The translations under genes and the position numbers were made by a program. Positions 50,353 to 62,586 of a DNA stretch of 64,000 nucleotides are shown here, one piece after another (the stretch's first letter is position 1; each line of letters starts with the position of its first letter). The notes under the pieces are model-generated. The model was given only the letters and a program-made list of their open reading frames with translations, was not told the DNA's origin and made no database searches. Origin of the DNA: Saccostrea echinata (lineage: Eukaryota); the NCBI RefSeq assembly GCF_033153115.1, contig NW_026889783.1, forward strand, positions 1,922,001 to 1,986,000. Direction: 5' to 3'.

Positions 50353-51125
50353 TTTTTAGGTTACACTGGTTTCAACTATATTCCTCTGGTGACAATCAGT
50401 TACAATGGAATAAAAAATCTTAAACCCAAGTGGGAACTTGTAGATACAGATGTAACCAATGTAACCATTATAAATAGTTTAACAAATTAATGACTGAATA
50501 AATGAAAAATGCTGTTCATCAGAAGCTTATGTAACCTGTATTACTGGTTACAAATAAAGATAAGAACTTATCACTTTGTAACCATTGTAACCAGTGCAAC
50601 CAATTAAAAATGGAATAAATGAAAAAATGCTCCCCAGTGAAAAGGATATGTAACCCGTGTTACTGGTTAAAATTGAACACTGGTTAAAGTCAGCACTAAA
50701 TTCTTGTCATATATGACTTTATACAATGTATATATTTTTACCTGGTGTTGAGACTAGTCAATACTGAGACCTTTCATGACAGGGTCCTATGCAATTTTAT
50801 TTGGGGTATATAAACGAAATTGTAAGAAAATGGGGAAGGGTATACATGTACAGTACGTATCTTTAAAAAAAAAAAATTTAAACCCCAATGAAAATTATAC
50901 CTTAAGATAATACAAATTTATCAGATTAATGCGTATCAACTCTGTTAGAAAATCAGAATTACTTTAGTTTATTACCGATGTCCTTAAATTTGATGACTTG
51001 CAACAGTTACTTTTCAACTGCCCACATTTTCCTCGTTGTTGTTTTTTTAAATCGGGATCGGGATACAGACACTTTACGATAAAGTGATGGTTCTGAAATA
51101 AAAATATTGTCATTTGATTTTAGAG

Positions 51126-54100
51126 ATGGGAGGATTATTTTCTAAAGAAAAGAAGTCAAAACCAACAGAATCAAAGGTTACAGAACAAGATAAAGCCATT
51201 CTGGTAAGTTACAATTAAAGTAATATCTGAAATTTCGAATTTACTCTGTTTACAGTAGCAATAATCTATTTCTAAATAGGCCTAAATAATAAAACACACT
51301 ATGACACTTGGTAGGATTAGTAATTTAGCCTAATAATTTGTATCTAATTTTTTATCTTTTTGATTAAATCCAAAAATCTTTCAAACAACTGGATGTACAA
51401 CTACATTGCAAGCGTTTGATGGGTGGGGCCCTTGCCCGTGGGAAGCTTTTAAAAAAAAGGGGGGGGGGCATACACTGACAACGAACCAAAAACCTTTGAC
51501 AAGAAGAAAAGAGAACAACAGCACACAAACAAACACAGAAACTAATAAATTAAAAAAATTAATAATAATGAAAGAAGCATAAATAAACAGATATAAATAC
51601 AAGTGAATGAATATAAATAAATAACAAACTATTATGAAAAATGAATGAATAAATAAATGAAAGAAAAGCACAAAGAAATAAAATAAAACTTAATCATAAA
51701 TTTAATCACATTAACCAAAATTGCAGAAAACCTAGATCCATTTTTAATGGTAGTGGGTGGATGGTGCTGAGTGTTTGATTTTCAAAGTGTTGTATGGTTT
51801 CCTCATATATTCAACAGAAACTAATCAAACTTAACTATTATGCTTTTTTTTAACATTATGTTGACAAAACAATTGAAATATCAGGTGGGCAAAAGCCCCC
51901 CCCCCCCCCCCCCCAAAAAAAAGAAACAAAAGTCCCCCCCCCTCCAAAAAAAGGAACACCATCACCTATACATGCAGGTTCCAACAGCCAGTGAAAACAG
52001 TATTATGATATCAGCCTTCAATTGTTTATTTTGCTCTTTCAAAAGTCTATGATTTATTTTAGCAACTCAAACAGCAACGAGACAAACTAAAACAGTATCA
52101 GAAGAAAATTGTGGTTCAGATTGAGAAAGACAGAGAAGTTGCCAAATCATTGCTTAAAGATGGCAAAAAAGAGTAAATACTTACATTATATTGTACAGTC
52201 AATAAAAAAGGTGTGAGTAATAATGAAGCTGAGTATAAATGTATTTTGTTGTTTTATATGCAATAATTTTTTTAATACCAATACACTCATATAATTAATT
52301 ACTGATCAGTCACTTCGCACAATATTTCTCAAGAAACTCAATCCTATTTCCATGATATAATTTTAGAAACATACATTAAAATCATTACAGTGTTTACAAT
52401 TTACACTTTTTAAGACAAGATAATATCAGGAAAACCCAGAATGATTTTAGGTCTTTGAGTAGTGTTTTTGCATCTAGCTGATATAATTTGACACTATTTG
52501 ACTCTGTTATTTTGACAGCAAGGCCAAACTTATGCTAAGGAAAAAGAAGTTCCAGGAGTCATTGATTGAAAAGACAGATGGACAGCTAGAGAACATAGAA
52601 CGAATGGTACATCAAGATTTAATTAGCAATTATCTTTGCATTAAATTTAAATACTTAAACCAGAGTCTCTTCATTTATTTAGTTTTTTTTTCTTTTTTTT
52701 TTTCTGAAAGATAAAGAACTGACATACTTATTCCTTTGTTTTAGGTTCATGATATAGAATTTGCTCAAATCGAAAGCCAGGTTGTCCAGGGTCTGAAAGT
52801 TGGTAATGATTCTTTGAAAAAGTTGCATGAGGTAAGTAATTACCCTGCTTTAACTATTGCCAAATTCGGATAACAACCTCAGATTTTTCAAGAGAGTTCC
52901 AAAGTTAATGCATAACTACAAGATAAAATGTTTTGAAGTACTGTTTATTCATTATTCCACAATTCCAGATTTTGTCACTTGAAGATGTGGAGAAAATTAT
53001 GGATGATACAAGAGAATCTATTGATTATCAGCGAGTGAGTTGGGGGTTCTAACGAACATTTATCTGATTTTTGAGAATTTTAAATAAAAATTCGGTCTTC
53101 ATGGAAAAATCTGAACAGAGAATTGTTTTAAAACTGTTTTTTTTTTTTCTTGAATTTAGGAGATAGATGACTTATTATCAGGTGGCCTAACAACACAAGA
53201 TGAAGAGGATGTTCTTGCAGAGCTAGATGAGATTGTCAAGGTAAGAAAAGACTACTTGTATTTGGCCTACTTTGTCTGTACTGTTTATATCATGATCTTA
53301 AGTAAAATGTTTGAGAAAACTGTCATCAGCTAAGTGACAAATTTTTACGCAGGTGGATTTACCTGAAGTACCTACTGATGAACTTCCTGAAATAGAGGAG
53401 CGAAAACGCAAAGGTAAACTACGAGTGTCACATTTCACAAAGTTTTCAAGTGCACCAGATTGGTGAAGACTTATTGAAGAAATCAAAATTCGTAGCATTT
53501 TTGGGGGAAAGGGGGGGGGGGCTAGCTGGTATTTGACAAAACGGCTATTTCATTGCAAAACAAAAATATGTGTTGAATTTGAATTTTTTATGGGTTTGCT
53601 AATATGAAAATTCAGTTACCAAATACTTTCTAAAGCAATTTCTGGATAATTTTGTCATACTATCAAGCCATATGATTTTTTCCAAGAAACCTTGAGACAG
53701 AAAAATAAGAACATTTAATAGCTACAAAGGAGGATCATTCTTGAAAAGGGGGGGGGGGGTGTGGACATGGAAAACTTTGACTAGATGTTTTGTTAGGCAT
53801 ATGTGAAAATTTTGAATTTAAAGGAAATTCGTTAAATTTTTTAGATAAAATAACTTTCCTAATGAAAGGAAAGCCCACAAAACTGTCATCTTTCTTTATG
53901 TATATGTCTGTAACATAGTGGAAATTTTATTTTATTAATTATCCATCATCAAACCTATGGACTATCAAAGATATCTGCATGAAGTAGCTCATGTTGACAA
54001 TTCGAATTCAACATTCTTATAAAAACAAACTAAAGTGTATTTTGAAAATAAAATGAAGTGTTTTTTGTCAGATCAGCTGTTTACAAATACAGTTCAATTG

Positions 54101-54441
54101 AAAAAATGTAAAATCCATTGATCAAAAGGCCTGTGTTTGCAAAAATGTGTTTTGAGGCAGAGTCACAATAAACTTAATTCTTTGCTGTTGCTTGAATTTT
54201 TTTGATAAGAATACCGGTACTCTTGTACACCTTAACTTGTGAAAATTTCAATCATTTTCATTTTCATGCATGTAAATTCTTAGAAGTTTTGTTCAGTGTA
54301 TACATATTTATGTGTATTAAAACATTCATTTAATATATTCTATCATACTAGTTACTATATGTCAATATGCCAATGAAATATTATTTTTCAGAAAAGTCCC
54401 AGAGAGATCGACAGCAAGCGGAAGCCATGATGGCATCTTGA
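51126..54441 (+). CDS. CHMP6: Charged multivesicular body protein 6 (ESCRT-III, VPS20), 206 aa
   Basis: Eight exons: 51126-51203, 52063-52172, 52519-52606, 52745-52831, 52969-53034, 53160-53240, 53353-53413 and 54392-54441 (621 nt). Myristoylation-type start MGGLFS, VTEQDKAILQLKQQRDKLKQYQKKI, DIEFAQIE, and MIM2-like LPEVPTDELP. Confidence 0.96.
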
Positions 54442-54874
54442 TGTTGGTCAGAATAAAAACCTTAGATCATCAGTGAACTCTGTGATAAACACATCTGACA
54501 ATATACATAATTTGTATCAATATAACATACTTTAAATTACCTTTTTTATTTACTCCAAATTGACATTGTATTAGTTATGGTAGCATAATGTGTTTTTTTT
54601 CCCCTCAATTCTGTGGAGGATGTTTCAAATTTTAATGGTTCCATAATATATATATGGTTCTGTAATATATAATATTGAAGCCACTTTATATTATTTTGAG
54701 AGAAAAAAAGGTCCTCTAGAAAAATATGTTACTAGATGCTGCATCTTGCAACATGATAGACAAAATTGTATCAGATTAAGTGTTTAGTTATTATGAGTAC
54801 TACTTTGTATACCTGTATTTGTCATTTTAAGTGATGAGTTTCTGTATACTAGTGGTTAATTGATTCCATATGTT

Positions 54875-55038
54875 TATACACTTCTTTCTAAATGAACAAT
54901 TGTGGGCAAAATTGATATACACTTCTTTCTAAATGAACAATCGTGGGCAAAATTGATATACACTTCTTTCTAAATGAACAGTCGTGGGCAAAATTGATAT
55001 ACACTTCTTTCTAAATAAACAATAGTGGGCAAATTTGA
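54875..55038. repeat. 41-bp tandem repeat, 4 copies
   Basis: TATACACTTCTTTCTAAATGAACAATTGTGGGCAAAATTGA at 54875, 54916, 54957 and 54998. Confidence 0.93.
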
Positions 55039-55249
55039 TTGCACACACTCTTTTATTGTATTTTCTTTTTAAAATATGTATGTGTTACAAGACACTGTGT
55101 TATGATGTGTAATAGGTGATTTATATAATTCTAAGATGATGGTATAATCTTCGTATTGTTGTTCGGTATGTGTTGATTGTTAAAATTCTCAGATAGATTA
55201 TACCCCAAGATGAAGATCTACTCTGAAAGTGGATTATGAAGACATAGCA

Positions 55250-55528
55250 TGCACATTATTTTGTCAAATGATTGAAGAGTAATGATCCATATGTCACAGG
55301 TTTGAATCCAACTGTGGGGCATGGAGACCACTGATCTTTTGGATAAGACCGTATAAACCATGGTCTCTTGTGACTGTAGATTCAGGCACAGAAATCTCTC
55401 ACTGAGCAATAGCCACAAGTGTTGAGTACAAGTCTAAAATTGCAGCCTTTCTTTACAGTTGGTGGTGTCCCAACTTGTGTGAAAAATTCTTGAAGGGATA
55501 CACATCAAATGTTAACCAATAAACAAAA
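55250..55528 (+). mobile_element. Diverged tRNA-SINE copy (same family as 18022-18291)
   Basis: GGTTTGAATCC B-box-like motif, GTCTAAAATTGCAGCC, GTGAAAAATTCTTGAAGGGA and an A-rich tail. Confidence 0.65.
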
Positions 55529-55536
55529 GTTTTAAT

Positions 55537-55740
55537 CAGTGGCGGATTTAATTGTCAAAGTTAGCATTAATCATAGTTTCGTTGAGGAAATGTAAAAATG
55601 TCTACTTGGTAGACCTCATTTTTACCCTACAAAATCTCTAGAATCCAGAATCCTGGACCCACTGGGGGCCTCAAGGCAACCCCAGATGGCCAGACCCCCT
55701 GCCTACTTTTTGCACGCCTTCAATTCCTGGATTCGTGCCT
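55537..55740. mobile_element. Degenerate MITE
   Basis: CAGTGGCGGATTTA ... TGGATTCGTGCCTG inverted ends around a GC-rich core. Confidence 0.45.
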
Positions 55741-56129
55741 GTTAATCATAACTAAAAACAAAATCTGAAAAAATGGAGATCAGGACAGGTAACTATTTTA
55801 TTGTTGGACACTGAAGTCAATAAATTGAATATCATACTTAAACAGATTCCAATCTAGGGGTATCCTAGGTGCAGAGCTATAAGCCTTGATCTGAAAAAAA
55901 ATTGGTATGGACAGCAGCTGCAGTTCATTAGTACAGCAAGGATGTAACTATGGGTAAAAATTGACAAAACAATTGTAAGTACCGGTATATTAATGTAAAG
56001 ATTTATTATTTTTTTTAAATTCTGTGCCCAACGATTTTTTTCTTTTACAGAGCAATAATTTTTCGGGTTTATATATTTTTATCTTTCCGGTTTCTACTTT
56101 TATTTTTCTTCGACAGGAAGTAAACAAAT

Positions 56130-59100
56130 ATGTCTGACGACGGAAATGAAAGTAAAGATAGCAAACCCACAGAGGCCGATGAAAAGATCTTACCAACAAG
56201 TCCTAGTCATGCTGCTGCGAAAAGTAAACTTGTTACATTTTTAAAAAGTCGATTTCAACGATTTCATTGACACTAATATGTTGACGGTGCGACCGTTGGG
56301 GCGAGCGCATTGTTCACTTCATTTTAAGATCCGCCTCTTCAAACCTCACGAGACATTTGGAACGTCTAGACTGTGACGTCACATGACGTATGTTAGCTGC
56401 ATTTCTAGACTGGTACCCTGACATTGGTTAACGGGCGCAAGCGCCCTGAAAAACCAACGACAGGTAACCACTGCCATTTTATCGCGTCACAGGAAACAGC
56501 AATGATGATAAAAATCTATATTTAAACTAGCGTAAATCCATAGTGCTGTTGTAAAGAAACCTTTCTGCACTTCACACTGCTAACAAAGAAAATAAACCGT
56601 TAGGCCCACGAATTATTGGCAAGCGATATCATAGGCCTTATTAAAATAACTCAAATCTATGATTATTTACTTGCAATTATTTGCCATTCACATATTGGTA
56701 TGGTAAATCATTGATTCAACCAGATTCAACTACGACACAACATGTTCTTTACCTTTATAATTTATGTTTTTAATGTTACAGCATCCTCGCAAGCCAGGGG
56801 TCCTGAGTCAACACGTTGCCGTTGGACGGCAACGTGTTGACTCAGGACCCCTGGCTTGCGAGGATGATGTTACAGGGAATGAAAGTGTTTAACTTGCCTC
56901 TCCAACTCCACATGTTAACACTACTGGAACATGATTTCATTAATTGTGACATTTATAAACTAAGTATACTCAGTCAATACAGTCACTGTCATGTTATTTG
57001 AATATTTCCCACGTTTTCCATTGTTTTATTCTTCAGTTTAGATATGCTATGTTTTGTTAACTCTGTTGTTTAGATCACTGGATCCACCTAACATTCTTCT
57101 CAACAAGCATGGATGCTATTTATTTTTAGAATGCGCAATTACTATGCGCGACAAAGCAGTGAGATTTTCCACTGTCATGGCGGCGGTGGTTACCTGTCCT
57201 TGTAATTCCTAGCGGCAGCGACTGGAATCAAGGGCAGAGAACTAGTGCTACTGCATTTCCATAAACAAAGTTTAAAAAACTGCACATATTATAACAAAGA
57301 ACGTTTAATCTACTATCTGCATGCAATATCCATTAAATTAAGGTGAGTTTATTTTTTGTGAAATTTTAGTTGTTGTTACCGCGTGAATGAAGTTAGCAGC
57401 GAGAACAAGAAGCGATGCATTGTGGGTCAGAATTACTGCGGAAAAAAATTCTATTGAATGAATGTGCAGTAGTCCGAATTTTCTCTTCGCCCAGGCGTTG
57501 TCGTTAGAGCTCGCAGTGACGAGCGGCGCTTCGCGCCGCTCGCTGCGCTCGCTATCAATGTCATTGTATTTGGGGGGGGGGGGGGGTGTTAGAGAAGTGG
57601 AAGAAGTGGACAGGCATAGCCATTCCTTGTCTAATTTTTTTTTTTTTTTTGAGAATGATGGAATAGGTTTGAGAAAAGTATCATTTTGATAAACGATAGA
57701 ACAGCTTATTTTACACAAAATGCCCAATTTGTTTCAAAAGATTTCACATGGTTTGTGCAGTATATGAAACTCACCAGAAATCATAAAATATAATAGCTTA
57801 ATGCTTATGAAAGTTGTCAGCCCAGCAAGGATTTACTAGCCTGAGAAAATAATTTCCCTTTAAGACTATTTTTGTTACATTTGTAAAACCATAGTCATTA
57901 ATTTGCCTGTCCTCTGGCTGGCAAGAGGTGCTCAAAAGAATTTTTTCAGTACAATCAGTTGTTAATTTGTGGCAAGTTTAACACGTCTAGCTTGGCATCG
58001 ATACAAGCAAATTTGTTCGCATGAGGCAGAAATTATGCATATCAGGCAGATGGGCGCACGGGTATTTCTAACAACGTAAGTGGGTTTGTGGTTGAATATG
58101 ATATTTATCCAATGAGTTGTGTGTTCTTATATCACCGAACCCTGGCGAGGGGGTAGAAAACACACAAGTTGCCAAGGATAATAACACATCCAATCTATGG
58201 GAGATTCTCATTATCACATTTTACATATAGCTATCACATCATTTTATACTGTTTTTATACTTGAATTGCAATGTAGCAAATCAGAGCTGATCTGCTCCAG
58301 AACGATTTTAGAAAAAACAGAAGTAGCACTAAAAATAACTACAATACCAAATCAATTATAACAAACCTGTTTGAGCTATGGATTAAAAAATAATCTATTT
58401 ACCAGTATTAAAGACAAAAATTCAACTCATTTTTCTCAAGGTTTTTTTTCTTGCTTCAGATTTACATGCCATGTTGACATTCAGAATTCTCTGGACTGTT
58501 CATAGTATTTGGCTAAGAATAGATCTGAATTATCAGCCCCTGTTTATTTTGCTATATTGCAAACAAGGAACAAATTTTATGGTTAAACCAGGTCCATAGA
58601 ACAATATCATTTTAACTAGAGAAGTTCTATTTAGGCCAATATTATCTACAGAATTGTAGGACTGGCTGAGAAATTTCAGACAGGCAAACCAGACGGTTTC
58701 AGATCCAAGCATTGTAAAAACCTTCTATTTACAGCCCCACTTAAAGCATAGCTTCCTTCAATTTGTTCAGGTTACGGACTACATGTCAATGTGTCAAATG
58801 CTGACTAATTTTTCTGCATGGAATATACAATGTACACTATTATGATATAAATTGTCCTGTATCATTGTTTTGAAGTTGATGTTCTCCTGAAGCCAGCTGG
58901 AGATGCCCCTATTATGAAGAAAAAGAAGTGGGCTGTTGATAGAAATAAACGTATTGGTTGGGTTGGAGAATTCATCAAAAAGTACCTCAAGTTAACGTCC
59001 CAGGACTCTGTGGTGTGTTAAATGCTTTAGTTATCTCAATTCAATTCTCAGCTTTTCCATCTTTAATGTGATAGATAGAACTAAAGATAAGATAAAAAGA

Positions 59101-60659
59101 ACATACAGAAAAATAATGAAATTTGTTGGGAAAAAAAACTTGTTTTGTTTTTAAACATAGAGATATTTATTTCACTCTGATGTATTTTAATTGTCAGTTC
59201 CTGTATGTGAATCAATCCTTTGCTCCGACTCCTGACACTGAAATTGGCACCGTATTTGATGTAAGTAAATGTACTGTATATTTCATTGGACATATAATAT
59301 TTTGATTTCTTCAGGATTCATGTTTGAATTCTAATTAGCACTTTTGCCATAGCAGCTTTCAGAGTACGTACGTTTCAAACATGATTCTCGCCTCCTTAAT
59401 TTAGTATCACAATTACCTAGTGGTTATCTACCCTGCTGTGGCTCTTTTGTGGCAAAGTCGAGGAAGCTCTAAATCTCGTGAGATTTCCAGGATACAACAT
59501 TCTTTATGCTAGTGACAGTCAAATGATTTGAGTGACTATAGTCCCAAAAGTACAATGTACTGCCAAGGTTGCACTTCAGATAGTAGGTCATCTAATTCAG
59601 AATGTTCGGAGTATTTTATCATCTTTCAAAAGTAACAGTTATCAGAAGGAAGTGATTGAATTCTAAGCTAGTATGTATACATGTCATAAAAAAATGTATC
59701 ACTAAAAGACTTACTCTTCTTAAAATCTGTTACCATGGTTCAGCAAATGTTCAGGAAGATTCTTTTTGATGAGCCCTTGAAAAATCTACACAATGTCCCC
59801 ATCTAATTAATATACCTACCTCGACTGTGAAAGAGTTCCATCAAATTAAGTAATCGCGATGTCAAGTATTGTCACATAATGGATGTATCTGCACTAAGGA
59901 TTTTTTATATGTATGTTGAATTTTAGGAAGATTTATAAAGGCAGTTGCTCTAACTATACTGCATTAATTAAGAGTGATATTGTATTAAATTTGATAAAAT
60001 TTTCAGATGATATTATGTAAATCTCATAGAACATACTGCGAATTCTGAGAATGTTTTCTGCTGTAAACCTGCTATAATGCTGTAGGGTATGAACTGATCA
60101 CTCCCTCAAGATTAACAGAACAAGAACACAAGGGAGATAATGCAGCAAAAGGATGAGAATGGGTGGGAGTGAGCGTATGAGGGCAACAAATTTAGGGAAA
60201 AAGAAACTGAGGGCAACATTGCTAGAGTAGGGGAGCAACATTACAAGTTTGTTGTTAATTTCAGTCCCTTGTTCTTGTTCTTTTGCATTCTTACAATCTC
60301 ACTTTTGCCTTCCCACCCCCGAGCACTGACCCACTGCATTATCCCCTTCTGTTGTTGACTTGTTGTTTTGGCATTCTTGCTCCCTCACCCAAATGGCAAG
60401 GAAGTTAGGAAATGAGTGATTCTATCAGTACACAACATTTTACTTTATTGCATCAATTGATCTTGACACAAAATGTTAAAACACGAACTGTACTATTTGC
60501 ATTTTTTACTGTATGCATTATTACATTTTACATTGTAACTTATATCAGCGAAATGCATTTCTAAATGAAACCATTATTTACAAAGGTTTTTCTTTGTAGT
60601 GTTTTGGAAGTGATGGAAAACTTGTTTTACATTACTGCAAAACCCAGGCTTGGGGCTGA
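56130..60659 (+). CDS. ATG12: Ubiquitin-like protein ATG12, 117 aa
   Basis: Four exons: 56130-56223, 58876-59012, 59198-59260 and 60600-60659 (354 nt). Spliced protein: MSDDGNESKD...[89 protein letters not shown], ending in the conjugating Gly. AATAAA at 60840. Exon 1 is less certain than exons 2-4. Confidence 0.95.
56782..56866. mobile_element. 85-bp perfect hairpin insertion with 9-bp TSD in ATG12 intron 1
   Basis: 41-bp perfect arms with a TGG loop. ATGTTACAG at 56773-56781 and 56867-56875. Confidence 0.92.
57520..57542. repeat. GC-rich hairpin with GCTTCGC (GCGAAGC) apex, within a CpG-rich repeat remnant
   Basis: CGAGCGGCGC-TTC-GCGCCGCTCG. Confidence 0.7.
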
Positions 60660-61169
60660 AGAACAGTTTTGTGATTTTACAGACTTCATGGCTACAATAT
60701 TGTCAGCCATAATGAAATGGTCATTGTGCAATACTTTCCTTGATGGCAGATCATTGTAGGTATTACCAAACATGTAAACATTTTAATGTGAGCAGTACAA
60801 AGGATATTGTACACTGTGATAAAAATATGTTGTTGACTGAATAAATGAATACTGTGAATGTAAAATTAGATCTTCATTTTTATTATATACCCAAGTGTGT
60901 ATCACTCAATTTTACTGTAGATTTCGTACAATCACGTGACTGTGTGATCCGACTTTCCGGATCACCACACTGTGGTTTTCTGAATCCATATCACCCCTCT
61001 CTGAAATTGATGACGTAGTACACAGAAACATGACGTTATTTTTCATGCGCATCAAAAAGTTCCTTGAGAATATGCTTTGTTTGATGGAAAAATCTTATAT
61101 AATTGATCTCAAAAGTTTTTTTAAACATATATTTTGCTAGTTGTAAGGGGGGTATATAATAAATTTATC

Positions 61170-61319
61170 ATTATAACAGTAACTTGATCCGAAGAGCTGT
61201 ATCACGTCTCGTTGACAGGCGCGGATCATCAGATCAAACGGAGCGTCTCGTTTGATCTGATGATCCGCGCCTGTCAACTCGACATGATACAACTCTTCGG
61301 ATCTAGTTACTGTTATAAT
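61170..61319. repeat. 150-bp palindrome (71-bp arms), likely terminus of a ~60885-61320 non-autonomous element
   Basis: ATTATAACAGTAACTTGATCCGAAGAG...ATCAAACG [GAGCGTCT] CGTTTGAT...CTCTTCGGATCTAGTTACTGTTATAAT, with few mismatches. Confidence 0.88.
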
Positions 61320-62586
61320 AATGTATATATATTTCAGACATAATTACGTGTGTTGGTTTACTCGTTGTAAATGGGTTCAGATACACTATACATATTTCTT
61401 ATTTACAAGTTACTAAAAGTCTTTGTTTTCTTCAAGGAAGCTCTAAACACTGCTCACTGAAGAGTTCTAAATCAATGGCAGTTTTATGCAGTTAGAGTGA
61501 TCTGCCTTTTGATGTATTGAGTAAATGGAAAACTAGTTTAAATGACATAATTTGAAATAAATTAAAGTATTCTAGACCAAAATAAATAATTGAATACATT
61601 ATTTGCATGTTTTCTCCCAGATGTAAGCAAACAATAGTGACTTCCGTACACTAATAATTCATTGTCTGAGAACATTTTTCCCATAGAAATATGGCAGGTA
61701 CTTTATGCATATCTTTACGATAAAATTTTCACAAATAACAGATCTTTTATCATTCAAAAAGCATATTTAATTTTATGCTTACTGTATGCCCACAGCTTGT
61801 ATATGGAAAAACAGGAGGGATGTTATGAAATAGCAGTACATGCACCAAAAAAAAAAGAAGAGACCATTATGTTTACTTGCCTAATACCTCTATGTACATT
61901 CTTGACACCCCCCCTCACCCCCCCATGGGGGAGCTTTAATCAAGCTTTTCTTTTCAGTGACATTACTCTACAACTGTGTATTCATAAGGAGTTGTACAAG
62001 GGACACAACTGTAGGATGTAAATATTTTTGCCTTTAAGTATCACTTTATTTTGTCTAAAAAATCTTAAAAAAGATCTCAAACTTAATACACATTTTTAAA
62101 GTAATTTTGTATCCATCAGACTTAAAAAATTTCTGAAATTAATGTAGAGTGTAAGCTTTTTATTTCATATGAAAAGAACAAGTTATATAATTTGCTTACA
62201 AAGAAATTAATACATCTTAAAAATCAAGCCATTGTCATCCAGAAATACAATTGTAAGCAAAAAGTGTTTTTTTTCTCCACAGTGAAAATTGTACAAGTTA
62301 TGAAATGTTAAGTCGGTCTCATACATGTATGTGGTACATACTGCTACATAAACATATATTTAAAAAACAAAATGAGAACAATATTCAAATAAATACTTAG
62401 CACATTTGAATTTTTGTACACAATAATGTATTTTCTGCCTTTGGTTTATTTCACTAAGGCATATTAAAGATATTTTGTCAAATTTGTAAAACTCAGTCAT
62501 CACCTAATAATCATGTTACGCTTCAGTCTCGCTATTCCACCTCAGATGATAGTAAATGTCAGTCTAAAATTGTCATGGTGGGGTGA

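Noticed and set aside
59990-60060. Possible intronic C/D snoRNA in ATG12 intron 3
   Set aside because: Box C is imperfect (ATGATA), the span is too short and there is no recognisable guide sequence.
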